This document shows positions 1 to 9,907 of a DNA stretch of 64,000 bases, piece by piece. The first letter of the stretch is position 1. Each line of letters opens with the position of its first letter. This stretch comes from an uncultured Planctomycetales bacterium. GTDB lineage: Bacteria; Omnitrophota; Gorgyraeia; Zapsychrales; JAHFFX01. Location: NCBI GenBank assembly GCA_964464475.1, contig CAYXGG010000002.1, positions 93,455-157,454 of the forward strand, read 5' to 3'. The notes below the pieces were generated by a model. It did not search any database. It saw nothing but the letters and a program-made list of their open reading frames with translations, and was not told the origin of the DNA. A program made the translations under genes and the position numbers.

Positions 1-608
1 TATTTCTTTTCAATTGAATTCAGCAAATCCAATATTTGCGCCTGGACCAGCATATCAAGCGAAGAGACAGCCTCATCCAGAATCAGCAACTTGGGTCGGA
101 CCAGCAGACTACGGGCGATCGCAATACGCTGGCGTTCGCCGCCACTAAACTCATGGGGAAAACGAGCTAGCACTTTTTCCGGCAGCCCCACCGCGGTCAG
201 GACGTCCGTTTTACGAACACGCCGTTCATCCGCAAAAACCTCCGGCAATAAATTAAAAGCCTCTTCTAAAATGGCGTCAATGGTAAATCGCGGATCCAAG
301 CTGCTCATGGGATCCTGGAAAATCATTTGAAAATGTTTCCGATAAGGTTTTAATTGCCGGTCAGATAAGGACTGGATCTGTTGACCTTCCCAGCTAAGGG
401 TTCCGGCGTCCTCTTTAAGCAGACGCACCATGATTCGACCCAGCGTCGTTTTACCGCTACCGGATTCACCGACGATGCCGACATGCTCTCCGGCCCGAAC
501 CTGTAGACTAACATCATCCACGGCCCGGACCTGCTCGGTCGTTTTACCGACAAAGTTTTTCTTAACCGGAAAATATTTTTTGATGTTCTGTAAAGCTAGA
601 AGTGTCAT
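1..608 (-). CDS. oppF: Oligopeptide/dipeptide ABC transporter ATP-binding subunit (OppF/DppF-like), 3' end runs off the window
   Basis: Not in the ORF track. Translated by hand from ATG at 608 ([15 protein letters not shown]...): Walker [11 protein letters not shown]-loop FQDP, signature FSGGERQR, Walker B LLILDE. Confidence 0.85.
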   Translation of the reverse strand, partial: MTLLALQNIKKYFPVKKNFVGKTTEQVRAVDDVSLQVRAGEHVGIVGESGSGKTTLGRIMVRLLKEDAGTLSWEGQQIQSLSDRQLKPYRKHFQMIFQDPMSSLDPRFTIDAILEEAFNLLPEVFADERRVRKTDVLTAVGLPEKVLARFPHEFSGGERQRIAIARSLLVRPKLLILDEAVSSLDMLVQAQILDLLNSIEKK

Positions 609-610
609 CG

Positions 611-1399
611 TTATACCAACGCCGCTTGCAATAACCGGCCCGTATATTCGTGCCGGGGAGCCCCCATCACTTGCGCCACAGGGCCATGCTCAACGACTTG
701 CCCCGTATTAAGGACATAAACCTGCTGAGCCAGGTGCTTGACCATGCCTAAATCATGTGTGATCAACAGCAGCGTTAATTTCAAATCGGTACAAAGCTTG
801 CGGAATAATTCCATAATTTTGGCCTGAATCGTCACGTCTAAATTACTGGTTGGCTCATCGGCAATGATGAGCTGGGGCGACGCCGCAATGGCCTGAGCGA
901 TCATCGCGCGCTGACGCAAGCCACCGCTTAACTGGTGCGGGTACTGTCCGGCTATTCGCGCTGGATCCAAAATTTCCACTTGCCGCAACAAATCCAAAAC
1001 ACGTTCTTTTCTCTCAACAGAACGTAAACTGGAATGAAAGCATAACACTTCCTCGATCTGAGAACCAATAGTAAATACCGGATTAAACGCATTTAACGGT
1101 TCTTGAAAAATCATACCGACTTTCCGACCTCGGATGTGCGGCCATTGCGCTTCCGCCAATGGCAAGATGTTCTTTCCTTCTAAAATAATTTCTCCGGATT
1201 TTATCTTCAACGCCGGAGCCAATAAATTCATAACCGCCAACCCCAGCGTTGTTTTACCGCTGCCCGATCCTCCTACCAGCGCGGTCATCTCACCTTGTCT
1301 AACGGCCAGCGACGTATCGCGCAGAATAAATTTTTCCTGTTTTTCCAGCGTAACGCTGATCGATAAATTATTTACAACTAAAATCATTGATTTAGTCAT
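611..1399 (-). CDS. oppD: Oligopeptide/dipeptide ABC transporter ATP-binding subunit (OppD/DppD-like)
   Basis: [37 protein letters not shown] motifs. Confidence 0.9.
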   Translation of the reverse strand: MTKSMILVVNNLSISVTLEKQEKFILRDTSLAVRQGEMTALVGGSGSGKTTLGLAVMNLLAPALKIKSGEIILEGKNILPLAEAQWPHIRGRKVGMIFQEPLNAFNPVFTIGSQIEEVLCFHSSLRSVERKERVLDLLRQVEILDPARIAGQYPHQLSGGLRQRAMIAQAIAASPQLIIADEPTSNLDVTIQAKIMELFRKLCTDLKLTLLLITHDLGMVKHLAQQVYVLNTGQVVEHGPVAQVMGAPRHEYTGRLLQAALV

Positions 1400-2517
1400 T
1401 AGGAATGAATTTCTTCCGCGCGAAAACGCGGATCCACGGCGTCGCGTAGCGCGTCGCCGATCACGTTAAAACAAATCACGGTCACTAATATCAATCCCCC
1501 GGGAATCAATATCCAAGGCGCAAACTGAATCTGCACGATACCGATCGCTTCTGATAATAAATTCCCCCAGCTGGCATAGGGATCTTGAATGCCCATGCCC
1601 AATAAACTCAGCGCTGATTCTCCCAGAATATAACCGGGGATCGATAGCATAATGGCAATAATAGAGTAGGAAAACGTATGCGGTAACACATGCCGTACAA
1701 TAATCTGCAAGTCAGAATACCCTAATGCCTTGGCGGCTAATACGTATTCCCGTTCTTTTAATGAAAGGCTCATCCCGCGAATGACCCGAGCTAGCCCCGC
1801 CCAGCCGATAAACGAAAGAATAATCACAATCGAGAAATACAATTGTACTGAATTAAAATTATCCGGAACGACCGAACGCAGTGCCAAGAGAAGATAAAAA
1901 CCCGGAACCATCATAAACATCTCACATACACGCATCAACACATTATCGATTTTCCCGCCATAATAACCCGCAAGTCCTCCAATCAATAGCCCCAGACTAA
2001 ATGAAATCGCGACCCCAATCAAACCAATGGATAACGAAATCCTGGCGCCATGTAAGATCCGGGAATACAAATCCCGTCCCCGAGAATCCGCGCCCAATAG
2101 ATAAATTCTGCCAGGTTCATCTACGCCAAATAAATGGACCTTGAGCGGAATGAGACCTAAAAATTTGTATTCATCCCCTTGGACCAGTAGCTTGATCGGA
2201 AACTGTCGATCCGCCACGGGCTCGTAAATTCTTTTGTGATACTGATCGAATCGCAATTGATACTGTCGTACAAACGGCCAGGTTAATCCGCTCTGGTTGA
2301 CCACGTTGATCGCCATCGGCGGGCAATAAGAAAAGTCTCGATTTTCATTTTTAAAAGAATACGGCGCTAAAAAATCGGCAAAAATCGCCAACAGATAAAA
2401 AATCCCTAGAATCCACAGGCAGACCCGCGCCGAACGACTTTGGCCAAACTGCCGCATGGCCAGCTGCCATTGACTGAGCGAATTCCCTGCTATGGATTCA
2501 TTCAAATTAACGTTCAT
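1399..2517 (-). CDS. oppC: Peptide ABC transporter permease (OppC/DppC-like)
   Basis: LLGADSRGRDLYSR, EYVLAAKALG (EAA loop), ESALSLLGMG...SWG. Start moved to ATG 2517. Confidence 0.9.
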   Translation of the reverse strand: MNVNLNESIAGNSLSQWQLAMRQFGQSRSARVCLWILGIFYLLAIFADFLAPYSFKNENRDFSYCPPMAINVVNQSGLTWPFVRQYQLRFDQYHKRIYEPVADRQFPIKLLVQGDEYKFLGLIPLKVHLFGVDEPGRIYLLGADSRGRDLYSRILHGARISLSIGLIGVAISFSLGLLIGGLAGYYGGKIDNVLMRVCEMFMMVPGFYLLLALRSVVPDNFNSVQLYFSIVIILSFIGWAGLARVIRGMSLSLKEREYVLAAKALGYSDLQIIVRHVLPHTFSYSIIAIMLSIPGYILGESALSLLGMGIQDPYASWGNLLSEAIGIVQIQFAPWILIPGGLILVTVICFNVIGDALRDAVDPRFRAEEIHS

Positions 2518-2571
2518 AGAGATCCTAAGTTCAATCTTACTACATTGAAACAATAAATTCGTTTCGAACCA

Positions 2572-3726
2572 TTATTTCCCAGCTGCTTTTAGAAAATCTC
2601 CAATAGCTTTAGCCCAATTACCCTGCTGGCGATACAACAACGCTCGATTGTTATACGCAGACCGGTGATTAGGATCCAATTCAATGGCCTTTGTATAATC
2701 ATTGATGGCTTCCTGAATCTTGCCCGAATGAGCCAAGGAAATGCCTCGGTCATAATAACTATCCGCATAGGATGGATTTAATTCGATGGCCTTGTCATAA
2801 TCCTTAATGGCCAGTTCATATTGCTGCATTTGCTCGTAAGTGTTACCACGATTGATAAAAGCAAAGGCATAATTTGGATTCAATTCTAACGCTTTATTTG
2901 CGTCTTCAAGAGATTTTTGGAAGTCACCTTTTAAACTATAGGCTCTCGATCGACCATTATAAGGCGAGGGGAATTGGGGATCCGCTGCCATTGATTTAGT
3001 ATATTCCTCAATCGCTTTCTCTAAATCCCCCATTTCCAGAAAAGCGTTGGCTCGTCCATTTAAAGTACCGGCATCATTTGGATTCTTAGCTAAAATTTGA
3101 TCAAATTCCGCTAATTGTTTTGCCCATTGATCACTAATTCCTTGACCAGATCCTTTCTCAACCAGAAATTTTTGTTCGGCGAGTTTGTTCCCCTTATGAT
3201 AAATTTCAAAAATCCATTCTCCCGGAACAATTTCCCAAGAATCCGCAAAAACCCACGCCGCAGAATCAACTTGGTTTATTAAAGAATACTTCTTTATATG
3301 ATCCTCCTGATAAGATTTATTCTCATTAGGCCGGTTGATCTGAGGATGTTTAATGACAATGCCCAGTTCAACTTGTTTCCCCGAAGGACTCCCTACGACT
3401 TTATAGCCAACCCCGAAAGTCACCCCTAACCCAGCTTGAATTTTATCCGCCGTCTGAACACTTAAAGGATTGTTCATAAATACGCAATTAAGGGCATCCA
3501 TCTTAAAACCTGACATCAACGCAGCCAGTTCAGGAGACAGCGTTCCAAAATGAGTAATCTCAATCTTATCGACAAGTATCTGTGCATCATTTATCTCCTG
3601 TGCTTTTTTGTTGATCTCAGGTGATTCGGTCAGCGGATCTTGAGCCAGTAGACTAGTTGGTATAGCAAGATTCACTAACCCCAGAAATAAAATCAACATC
3701 CCATGTTTGTTCAGAAAGATTTTCAT
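2572..3726 (-). CDS. Secreted protein with a DUF3859-like N-terminal domain and ~5 C-terminal TPR repeats
   Basis: Signal-peptide-like N-terminus; FGVGY...HP...PGEWIFEIY...KLAEQKF; repeated A-I-x-D-Y-x-K-A-I-E-L-x-P units; GGAGG Shine-Dalgarno before ATG 3726. Confidence 0.8.
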   Translation of the reverse strand: MKIFLNKHGMLILFLGLVNLAIPTSLLAQDPLTESPEINKKAQEINDAQILVDKIEITHFGTLSPELAALMSGFKMDALNCVFMNNPLSVQTADKIQAGLGVTFGVGYKVVGSPSGKQVELGIVIKHPQINRPNENKSYQEDHIKKYSLINQVDSAAWVFADSWEIVPGEWIFEIYHKGNKLAEQKFLVEKGSGQGISDQWAKQLAEFDQILAKNPNDAGTLNGRANAFLEMGDLEKAIEEYTKSMAADPQFPSPYNGRSRAYSLKGDFQKSLEDANKALELNPNYAFAFINRGNTYEQMQQYELAIKDYDKAIELNPSYADSYYDRGISLAHSGKIQEAINDYTKAIELDPNHRSAYNNRALLYRQQGNWAKAIGDFLKAAGK

Positions 3727-3743
3727 GTGTACCTCCACTTAAA

Positions 3744-4712
3744 TTATTTCTCCAACCGTATCCGCGGATCCGCCTTGGCGAGCAACAGATCCGATAACAA
3801 ATTACCGATTAACAACAAGACCCCTCCCATGAGCATACTGGCCATGACCAGATACACGTCCTTCGCGCGCACAGCCGTCAGCATGAGCGATCCCAATCCC
3901 GGCCAAGAACAAATAATTTCCGTCAAGGCCGCACCGCTTAACAAACCCGAGAACTCATAACCTAAAAGCGTAATCAGCGGATTAATGGCGTTGCGTAACG
4001 CGTGGCGGTAAATCACGCGATGTTCCGGGAGTCCCTTCGCCCTCGCGGCCAGTATATATTGCTGGCGCAACACTTCTAACAAATTACCACGCATGATGCG
4101 CTGCAAAGCGCCGATAGATCCCAACGAAATCGCGATTGTGGGAATCACCAAATGAGCCAACAAATCTCCCAGCTTTCCCCAAAAATTGAGCTGATCATAA
4201 TTGGCGCTATGCATCCCGCCCAAAGGCAACCCACCGAACTGACTCGCCGCGTACAATAGCAGCATCGTCAGAAAAAAACTAGGAGTAGAAAGCGCCACGT
4301 AAGAACAGAATTGAACGAATCGATCCGCGAATTTATCTCGTCGTAACGCCGCCCAAATGCCTAAAGGAATCGCGATCCCCCAGGTCACGATCAAACTCGC
4401 CAGGGACAAAATAAACGTATTACCCAATCGCGTTCCGATGACATGCGCGACCGGTACGTTGTAAAAAAAAGAATACCCGAATTCCAGGCGGGCCAAATTC
4501 TTCAGCCAATGGCCAAACTGCAGCCACCAGGGATCGCTCAAATGATAAAATTCTTCGTAACGGGCAATGGTCTCTTTGGATATCTGCGGATCCATTTTTA
4601 ACGTGTCGAAAAAATTCCCCGGTGTCAAATGCATCAAAAAGAACGTCAGCAACGACATCGCCAATAATAGCGGAATCGCGATCAGGATTCTTTTAATAAT
4701 GTAACGGGTCAT
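3744..4712 (-). CDS. oppB: Peptide ABC transporter permease (OppB/DppB-like)
   Basis: MTRYIIKRIL start, ARAKGL...HALRNA, WPGLG, DPRIR end. Confidence 0.9.
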   Translation of the reverse strand: MTRYIIKRILIAIPLLLAMSLLTFFLMHLTPGNFFDTLKMDPQISKETIARYEEFYHLSDPWWLQFGHWLKNLARLEFGYSFFYNVPVAHVIGTRLGNTFILSLASLIVTWGIAIPLGIWAALRRDKFADRFVQFCSYVALSTPSFFLTMLLLYAASQFGGLPLGGMHSANYDQLNFWGKLGDLLAHLVIPTIAISLGSIGALQRIMRGNLLEVLRQQYILAARAKGLPEHRVIYRHALRNAINPLITLLGYEFSGLLSGAALTEIICSWPGLGSLMLTAVRAKDVYLVMASMLMGGVLLLIGNLLSDLLLAKADPRIRLEK

Positions 4713-6478
4713 TAGCGATACTCTTCCTTTATATAAATCTCTTCAAGATTATGAAACGCGCCGCCCGAAGCCGAAGGTTTCAGATTGCCGAATTTATTGC
4801 GCACCGCGAACAAATTCGCTTCCAAAACCGTATATATCAATGGTAATTCCTTAGAGACTAACAGCTGATGCTCATCATAAAAAATTTTTCGTTTATTCTC
4901 ATCCAGCTCTTGGACGCCTAACTTAAACAACTCATCAACTCGCGCTTCCCAGGACGAGGAAGGTTTGGGGTGGCCTGGATTCCAAAAATGCAATTGACCG
5001 TCTGAACTCCAAACATTCTTTCCAAAATGAGGTTCAACACCACCCGTCAATCCTAACAGCATTGACTCCCATTCATAATTTGAAGTCAGCTTTGCCACCA
5101 GCGCGTTAAATTCTACCGCCTGAAAGTTGATTTTCAAACCCAGCTTCTCTAAATCATGACGAATAATGCCCGCGAACTGCAATCGCTCACTATCACTCGC
5201 ACTCGTAATAAAAGAGAATTCTACTTTATTACCGTCAGGATCCTCACGAATACCATCACCATCGCGATCCTGAAATCCCGCATCGTTAAGAATTTGCCGA
5301 GCGACATTCAAATCATATTCGTATTTACTAACGTCGGGATTATAAAAGAATCCGGCGCTCGGACTCATAGCCGCGTACTGTGGGTAACCTAACCCGTTTA
5401 AAACGATCTCAATCATCTTCTTTTTATCAATGGCATGCGCCACCGCGCGGCGAAAATCAAGATTGGCAAACCATTTTAATTTTATGGGATTCACAAACGG
5501 TTTATTCGTTTCCGAATTGATGCGGGAGTTTTGATTAAAAGCAATAAAATTGGTGCTGAAATCCGGACCGGCATCGTAAACCGTAAAATTACCTTGGGCT
5601 TCTTTGGGTTTTAATAACGGATAGTCAACGCCTCTTAAACCACAAGCATCGACTTCTCCTTCCAGAAACTTCAAAATCACGGTGTCAACGCTTTGTACTA
5701 TGAGCAAGATGACCCGATCCAAGTAAGGCAACGGGTCGCCTTCCGCTGACTTTTTCCAATAGTGAGGATTTTTTTCAAACATAATGCGCTCGCCGGGACG
5801 ATACTGGACCATGCGGAAAGGCCCGGTTCCCACAATTTCACGCGGGTCGGTGTCAATGCCCCAGGTAAAATTAAACTTTCCCGCCTTCAATGCAGGCTCC
5901 AATTTATGTTTAGGCAGGATGTCTTCGGAAAGCGACCGCAAAAATGGAGCAAATTTAAAAGGCAGAATAAAACGAACCGTATAGGCGTCCACCTTTTCAA
6001 TCTTAAAAGGTTGATTATCAACCATAAAAATATCGCGCGAAGAGCTGGGGATCAATTCATTAAAAATCAAATCATTAAAAGTAAAGAGCACATCGTCGGC
6101 TGTTAATGGCACCCCATCCGACCAGCGAACGTCCCGGCGCAGGTGAAACACCCACGTCAATCCATCCTCGCTCACCTCCCACGATTCAGCCAGACTGGGT
6201 ATCACTTTTAACGTAAACGGATCGACCGTAGTTAAGCCTTCAAAAAGCAAAGACAACACCGATGTTGTGGAGGTTTCTTTAGCCAAAAGCGGATTAAAAG
6301 ATTTCGGATCGGACGTGGTGGCGCGCACCAGCGTACCGCCGTATTTGACGCTACGCGTTCCTGCCCAAGCGGGAACGATGCCATAAAACAACATGACCCC
6401 GCTTAAAACAAGCGGGGCCAGTTTGAGAAAATAATCGTGATTGAAAATATTTTGGACGTTACTGTGCCGTTGGCGCAT
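4712..6478 (-). CDS. oppA: Peptide ABC transporter substrate-binding protein (SBP family 5)
   Basis: GGTL, DPKSFNP, LAESWEVSEDG, WSDG.PLTADDV.FT, GTGPF. Start reassigned to ATG 6478, which gives a signal peptide ending AWA. Confidence 0.85.
   Translation of the reverse strand: MRQRHSNVQNIFNHDYFLKLAPLVLSGVMLFYGIVPAWAGTRSVKYGGTLVRATTSDPKSFNPLLAKETSTTSVLSLLFEGLTTVDPFTLKVIPSLAESWEVSEDGLTWVFHLRRDVRWSDGVPLTADDVLFTFNDLIFNELIPSSSRDIFMVDNQPFKIEKVDAYTVRFILPFKFAPFLRSLSEDILPKHKLEPALKAGKFNFTWGIDTDPREIVGTGPFRMVQYRPGERIMFEKNPHYWKKSAEGDPLPYLDRVILLIVQSVDTVILKFLEGEVDACGLRGVDYPLLKPKEAQGNFTVYDAGPDFSTNFIAFNQNSRINSETNKPFVNPIKLKWFANLDFRRAVAHAIDKKKMIEIVLNGLGYPQYAAMSPSAGFFYNPDVSKYEYDLNVARQILNDAGFQDRDGDGIREDPDGNKVEFSFITSASDSERLQFAGIIRHDLEKLGLKINFQAVEFNALVAKLTSNYEWESMLLGLTGGVEPHFGKNVWSSDGQLHFWNPGHPKPSSSWEARVDELFKLGVQELDENKRKIFYDEHQLLVSKELPLIYTVLEANLFAVRNKFGNLKPSASGGAFHNLEEIYIKEEYR
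6385..6419 (-). terminator. Terminator/attenuator-like hairpin downstream of secG, inside the oppA signal-peptide coding sequence
   Basis: Minus strand reads GGCCCCGCTT-GTTTT-AAGCGGGGTC followed by ATGTTGTTTT. Confidence 0.4.
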
Positions 6479-6866
6479 CTGCGGCCGGGGTTGGCTGCGG
6501 GTTGGCAGAGTTTTTCGGCGCTGACACAGGTTGCGTTGCAGAGGATGAAGGCACAGCCGGGAGACTTGCTTCGGCATTAATTGCCACGGCTTTCGCGGAA
6601 TCCAATTGTTTTTTAACCGCCGCGTTGGCATCCATCAGAGATTGGTTCTGACGGCTGGATAAATAGGCGAGCGTCACGCAGGACACAATAAATAGCGTCG
6701 CGATGACAGCCGTCGTTTTGACCAAATAAACGTTGGCTTTCGCACCAAATACCGATTCCGCGGCAGCAAACTGCTCGGTTAACCCACCGCCCCGACCCGC
6801 TTGCATCAGAATGGTCAAAATAAGAAACGCGCAAATCATTAAATGCAAAAAAATCATGAATGACAT
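6459..6866 (-). CDS. secG: Preprotein translocase subunit SecG with an Ala/Pro-rich tail
   Basis: ILMQAGRGGGL...FG motif, two hydrophobic helices, position directly after tpiA. Confidence 0.9.
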   Translation of the reverse strand: MSFMIFLHLMICAFLILTILMQAGRGGGLTEQFAAAESVFGAKANVYLVKTTAVIATLFIVSCVTLAYLSSRQNQSLMDANAAVKKQLDSAKAVAINAEASLPAVPSSSATQPVSAPKNSANPQPTPAADAPTAQ

Positions 6867-6879
6867 CAATCAACCTCGC

Positions 6880-7656
6880 TTATTTACAAATCCCACAACC
6901 GGATTTGACGATTTTCACAAAACTTTCGGGCTTCAAACTCGCTCCCCCGACCAAAGCGCCATCAATATCTTCCTGCGCGGCCAACTCCGTAATGTTTTCC
7001 GGCGTCACGCTACCGCCATATTGAATGCGCACCCCCGCGGCAATTTCTTCAGAAAATAATTGCACCAACCGTTGTCGAATAAACGCGTGCACTTCCTGGG
7101 CTTGGGCAGGGGTGGCGGTCTTACCTGTTCCGATAGCCCAAACGGGTTCATACGCGATGACCAACTTCTGCATATCCTCCGCCGTTAATCCGACCAATCC
7201 GCCGTCTAAATGATTTTGTACCACGGCAAAGGTACGGTTTTCTTCGCGTTCCTTTAAATTCTCTCCCACGCACAGGATGGGCAACAATCCTGCTTTCAAC
7301 GCCGATTTGATTTTCTTATTCACAGATTCATTCGTTTCGCCAAAATATTGTCGGCGCTCGGAATGACCAATAATCACGTAATCAACACCGATCGATTTCA
7401 GCATCGATCCGGAAATCTCACCGGTAAAAGCGCCGGACACTTCCCAATGCATATTTTGAGCGCCGAGTTTGATGTTGGAATCAAGCAGCACTTCATGCAC
7501 ATCCGAAAGCGCCGTAAAAACCGGACACACCACCATGTCGACTTCCGACACATCACCGATCTCTCTATTTAACGCCGTCGCCAGCTCAATCGCCTCGACC
7601 GACGTTTTGTTCATTTTCCAATTACCGGCGATAATTAATTTTCTTTTTGTACCCAT
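6880..7656 (-). CDS. tpiA: Triosephosphate isomerase
   Basis: AGNWKMN, GHSERR, AYEPVWAIGTG, YGGSV, LVGGASL. Confidence 0.98.
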   Translation of the reverse strand: MGTKRKLIIAGNWKMNKTSVEAIELATALNREIGDVSEVDMVVCPVFTALSDVHEVLLDSNIKLGAQNMHWEVSGAFTGEISGSMLKSIGVDYVIIGHSERRQYFGETNESVNKKIKSALKAGLLPILCVGENLKEREENRTFAVVQNHLDGGLVGLTAEDMQKLVIAYEPVWAIGTGKTATPAQAQEVHAFIRQRLVQLFSEEIAAGVRIQYGGSVTPENITELAAQEDIDGALVGGASLKPESFVKIVKSGCGICK

Positions 7657-7680
7657 AGCTTATGGCCTTCCTTAACGTCA

Positions 7681-8865
7681 CTATTTTGAATTTAACGCCG
7701 CGATCCCGGGGAGTTCTTTGCCTTCCATATATTCCATAGAAGCGCCGCCACCCGTAGAAATATGCGTCATTTTATCTTCTAAATTGAATTTAGCAATCGC
7801 TGCTGCTGAGTCCCCACCACCGATAATGGAAGTGACCGACTTAAGATTGGCAATAAACTCCGCGATTTCTTTAGTGCCCTTGGCGAAAGCGTCATTTTCA
7901 AACACGCCGACCGGACCGTTCCAAACAATAGTCTTCGAATTCTGCAAAATTTCTTTAAATTCCTTTCGGGTATCGGGACCGATATCGACACCCATCCATC
8001 CGTCAGGAATGTTCTCTTTAACCACTTTCATGTCGGAGGAGGATTCAAATTTGGTGACAATCACAAAATCCTGCGAAAGTCCGATTTTAACTTTCTTCGC
8101 TTTAGCTTTTTCCAAAATCTGTTTAGCCAAGTCCAATTTGTCATTCTCAACGCGAGAAGTCCCAATACTTTTTCCTTGAGCCTTCAGGAACGTATAGGCC
8201 ATTCCGCCACCGATTAAGACCGCGTCGGCCTTACTCAACAAATTTTCGATTAACCCAATTTTATCGGAAATCTTAGCTCCGCCAAAAATGACTGTCAGCG
8301 GACGCTGGGGATTGTTGATCGCTTTATCCAAATATTGAATTTCTTTTTCAATGAGAAAACCCGCAACAGCGGGTAAGTACGCGGCCACGCCAGCGGTGGA
8401 AGCATGAGCGCGGTGGGCGGTTCCAAAAGCATCATTGACATAAATGTCAGCGAGCCGGGCGAGTTTTTTAGCAAACTCGGAATCGTTAGCTTCCTCTTCT
8501 TTATGAAAACGTAAATTCTCGAGCAGAATAACGCGTTCTTTCGCTGCTTTGACTTGTTGTTCTACTTGCGGACCAACGCAATCATCCAAACGCAGAACTT
8601 TCTCTTTGAGCAACTCTTCCAGTCGTTGGGCCACCGGTTTTAACCGCATGGATTCAACAACCTTGTCCTTCGGGCGCCCCAAATGGCTCATCAAAATGAC
8701 TTTACTGGCTCCCTGCTCTAAAGCGTAGCGAATAGTGGGTAGGGCTTCTCTAATACGCCGATCATCTGTGATGCGAAGGGTTTCATCCAAAGGGACATTA
8801 AAATCCGCTCGGATAATCAATCTTTTACCTTGGATCGTCAAATCTTTTAAGGTCTTCTTATTCAT
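7681..8865 (-). CDS. pgk: Phosphoglycerate kinase
   Basis: [47 protein letters not shown]; GGAG Shine-Dalgarno before ATG 8865. Confidence 0.98.
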   Translation of the reverse strand: MNKKTLKDLTIQGKRLIIRADFNVPLDETLRITDDRRIREALPTIRYALEQGASKVILMSHLGRPKDKVVESMRLKPVAQRLEELLKEKVLRLDDCVGPQVEQQVKAAKERVILLENLRFHKEEEANDSEFAKKLARLADIYVNDAFGTAHRAHASTAGVAAYLPAVAGFLIEKEIQYLDKAINNPQRPLTVIFGGAKISDKIGLIENLLSKADAVLIGGGMAYTFLKAQGKSIGTSRVENDKLDLAKQILEKAKAKKVKIGLSQDFVIVTKFESSSDMKVVKENIPDGWMGVDIGPDTRKEFKEILQNSKTIVWNGPVGVFENDAFAKGTKEIAEFIANLKSVTSIIGGGDSAAAIAKFNLEDKMTHISTGGGASMEYMEGKELPGIAALNSK

Positions 8866-8919
8866 CAAGAACTCCATTTAGTCTATTTTTTATCTTTATC
8901 GGCTCAGAAAAACTGCTTC

Positions 8920-8947
8920 ATTATATGGAAATGACGGGGTTTGTCAA
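8920..8947 (-). promoter_or_regulatory. Consensus sigma70 promoter for the pgk operon
   Basis: Minus strand TTGACA (8947-8942), 16-nt spacer, TATAAT (8925-8920). Confidence 0.8.
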
Positions 8948-8963
8948 TTGATTCGACTGTTTC

Positions 8964-9008
8964 AAAATGATCCAACCCCTCTAACTTCGGAGGTTAGCGG
9001 GGTTGAAC
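8964..9008 (-). terminator. Probable intrinsic terminator ending the glycan locus
   Basis: Minus strand TTCAACCCCGCTAACCT-CCG-AAGTTAGAGGGGTTGGA followed by TCATTTT, just after the 9017 stop codon. Confidence 0.6.
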
Positions 9009-9016
9009 AAGAAAGA

Positions 9017-9907
9017 CTATTCACCTTGCGGGATAACGTAAAAAATTTCCAAAAAAGGTCGCTGGAGATGTTCCGAATTATCCAAAGAACCCAACAGGAC
9101 CACGGTATTGGGAACACCCTCCTTGGCAAGCCGCAACAGAAATCCTTCGCGGCGCATTTTCTCCCAATTAACCTCATCCTCCAAAAGATCCAAACCGTAT
9201 TGGGTAAAATTCAAAATAATGGCTCCGGAACGGTCTCCCTGAACCCCCACGCCCGAGGTCGCCACGATATTTTCATTCACATCGTGGGGATATTGAGAGA
9301 CCCCGGGGATTCCCCACGGTAATGTTCCTTTTTGAGCTTCCCGCCAGGTAGCCTCGGGAACTTGGGCAAGGTCACCTTTGCCTTTTCCCGCTTTCCAAGC
9401 CGGAAAAACACTTAAAAGGATCAGCTCCCCGGAAAGCAGATCGTCATCAGCATTTTGGTTGTCTATTTGCCTTACATGCAGCCTGGCGGCAACAACCTGA
9501 AGCTTCTTAGGTAACTTAAAAAAATCTTGAAAACGTAACAAAGAGCGAAACGTTCGTTCCGATGTCAACGTACCCACCTTTAATACAGAAAGAGCTCCAT
9601 AGTTCAAATCCTGTTTAAATTCACCACTGTCAATGAACGTGTCCTCGGAACCGGGCTTTAGCCAGTCAGTGCGATACACCTGAAGCGGTCCGGTTGACTT
9701 TGAAAAATCCTTGCGGACCAAAATATCTTCCGTCTCTTGAGCGCGGGATTCCAAGGCTGTAACGCGCTGCGAGACACCGCGTAACGTCTTAAGCTCTTTT
9801 TCAAGTCGAAACGCTCGACTACTGAGATGATCAATAAATAACGCCATAATGATCACCCCTCCTCCCCAAAAAACGACGAGCCAGCGCTGGGAGCTATCTT
9901 TGAACAT
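9017..9907 (-). CDS. Membrane-anchored protein with a DNRLRE/CBM96-like domain
   Basis: N-terminal TM helix plus coiled coil, then EDTFID...NYG...LKVG...RSLLRF...ATW...RPFLEI.Y. Confidence 0.6.
   Translation of the reverse strand: MFKDSSQRWLVVFWGGGVIIMALFIDHLSSRAFRLEKELKTLRGVSQRVTALESRAQETEDILVRKDFSKSTGPLQVYRTDWLKPGSEDTFIDSGEFKQDLNYGALSVLKVGTLTSERTFRSLLRFQDFFKLPKKLQVVAARLHVRQIDNQNADDDLLSGELILLSVFPAWKAGKGKGDLAQVPEATWREAQKGTLPWGIPGVSQYPHDVNENIVATSGVGVQGDRSGAIILNFTQYGLDLLEDEVNWEKMRREGFLLRLAKEGVPNTVVLLGSLDNSEHLQRPFLEIFYVIPQGE

Noticed and set aside
2600-3100. Repetitive DNA suggesting an array
   Set aside because: It reflects protein-level TPR repeats; there are no identical repeats with spacers.
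6479-6631. Long N-terminal extension of OppA in the ORF track
   Set aside because: It overlaps secG in another frame. Similar over-extended starts (20460, 31625, 38623, 45285, 58876, 60661) were also trimmed.
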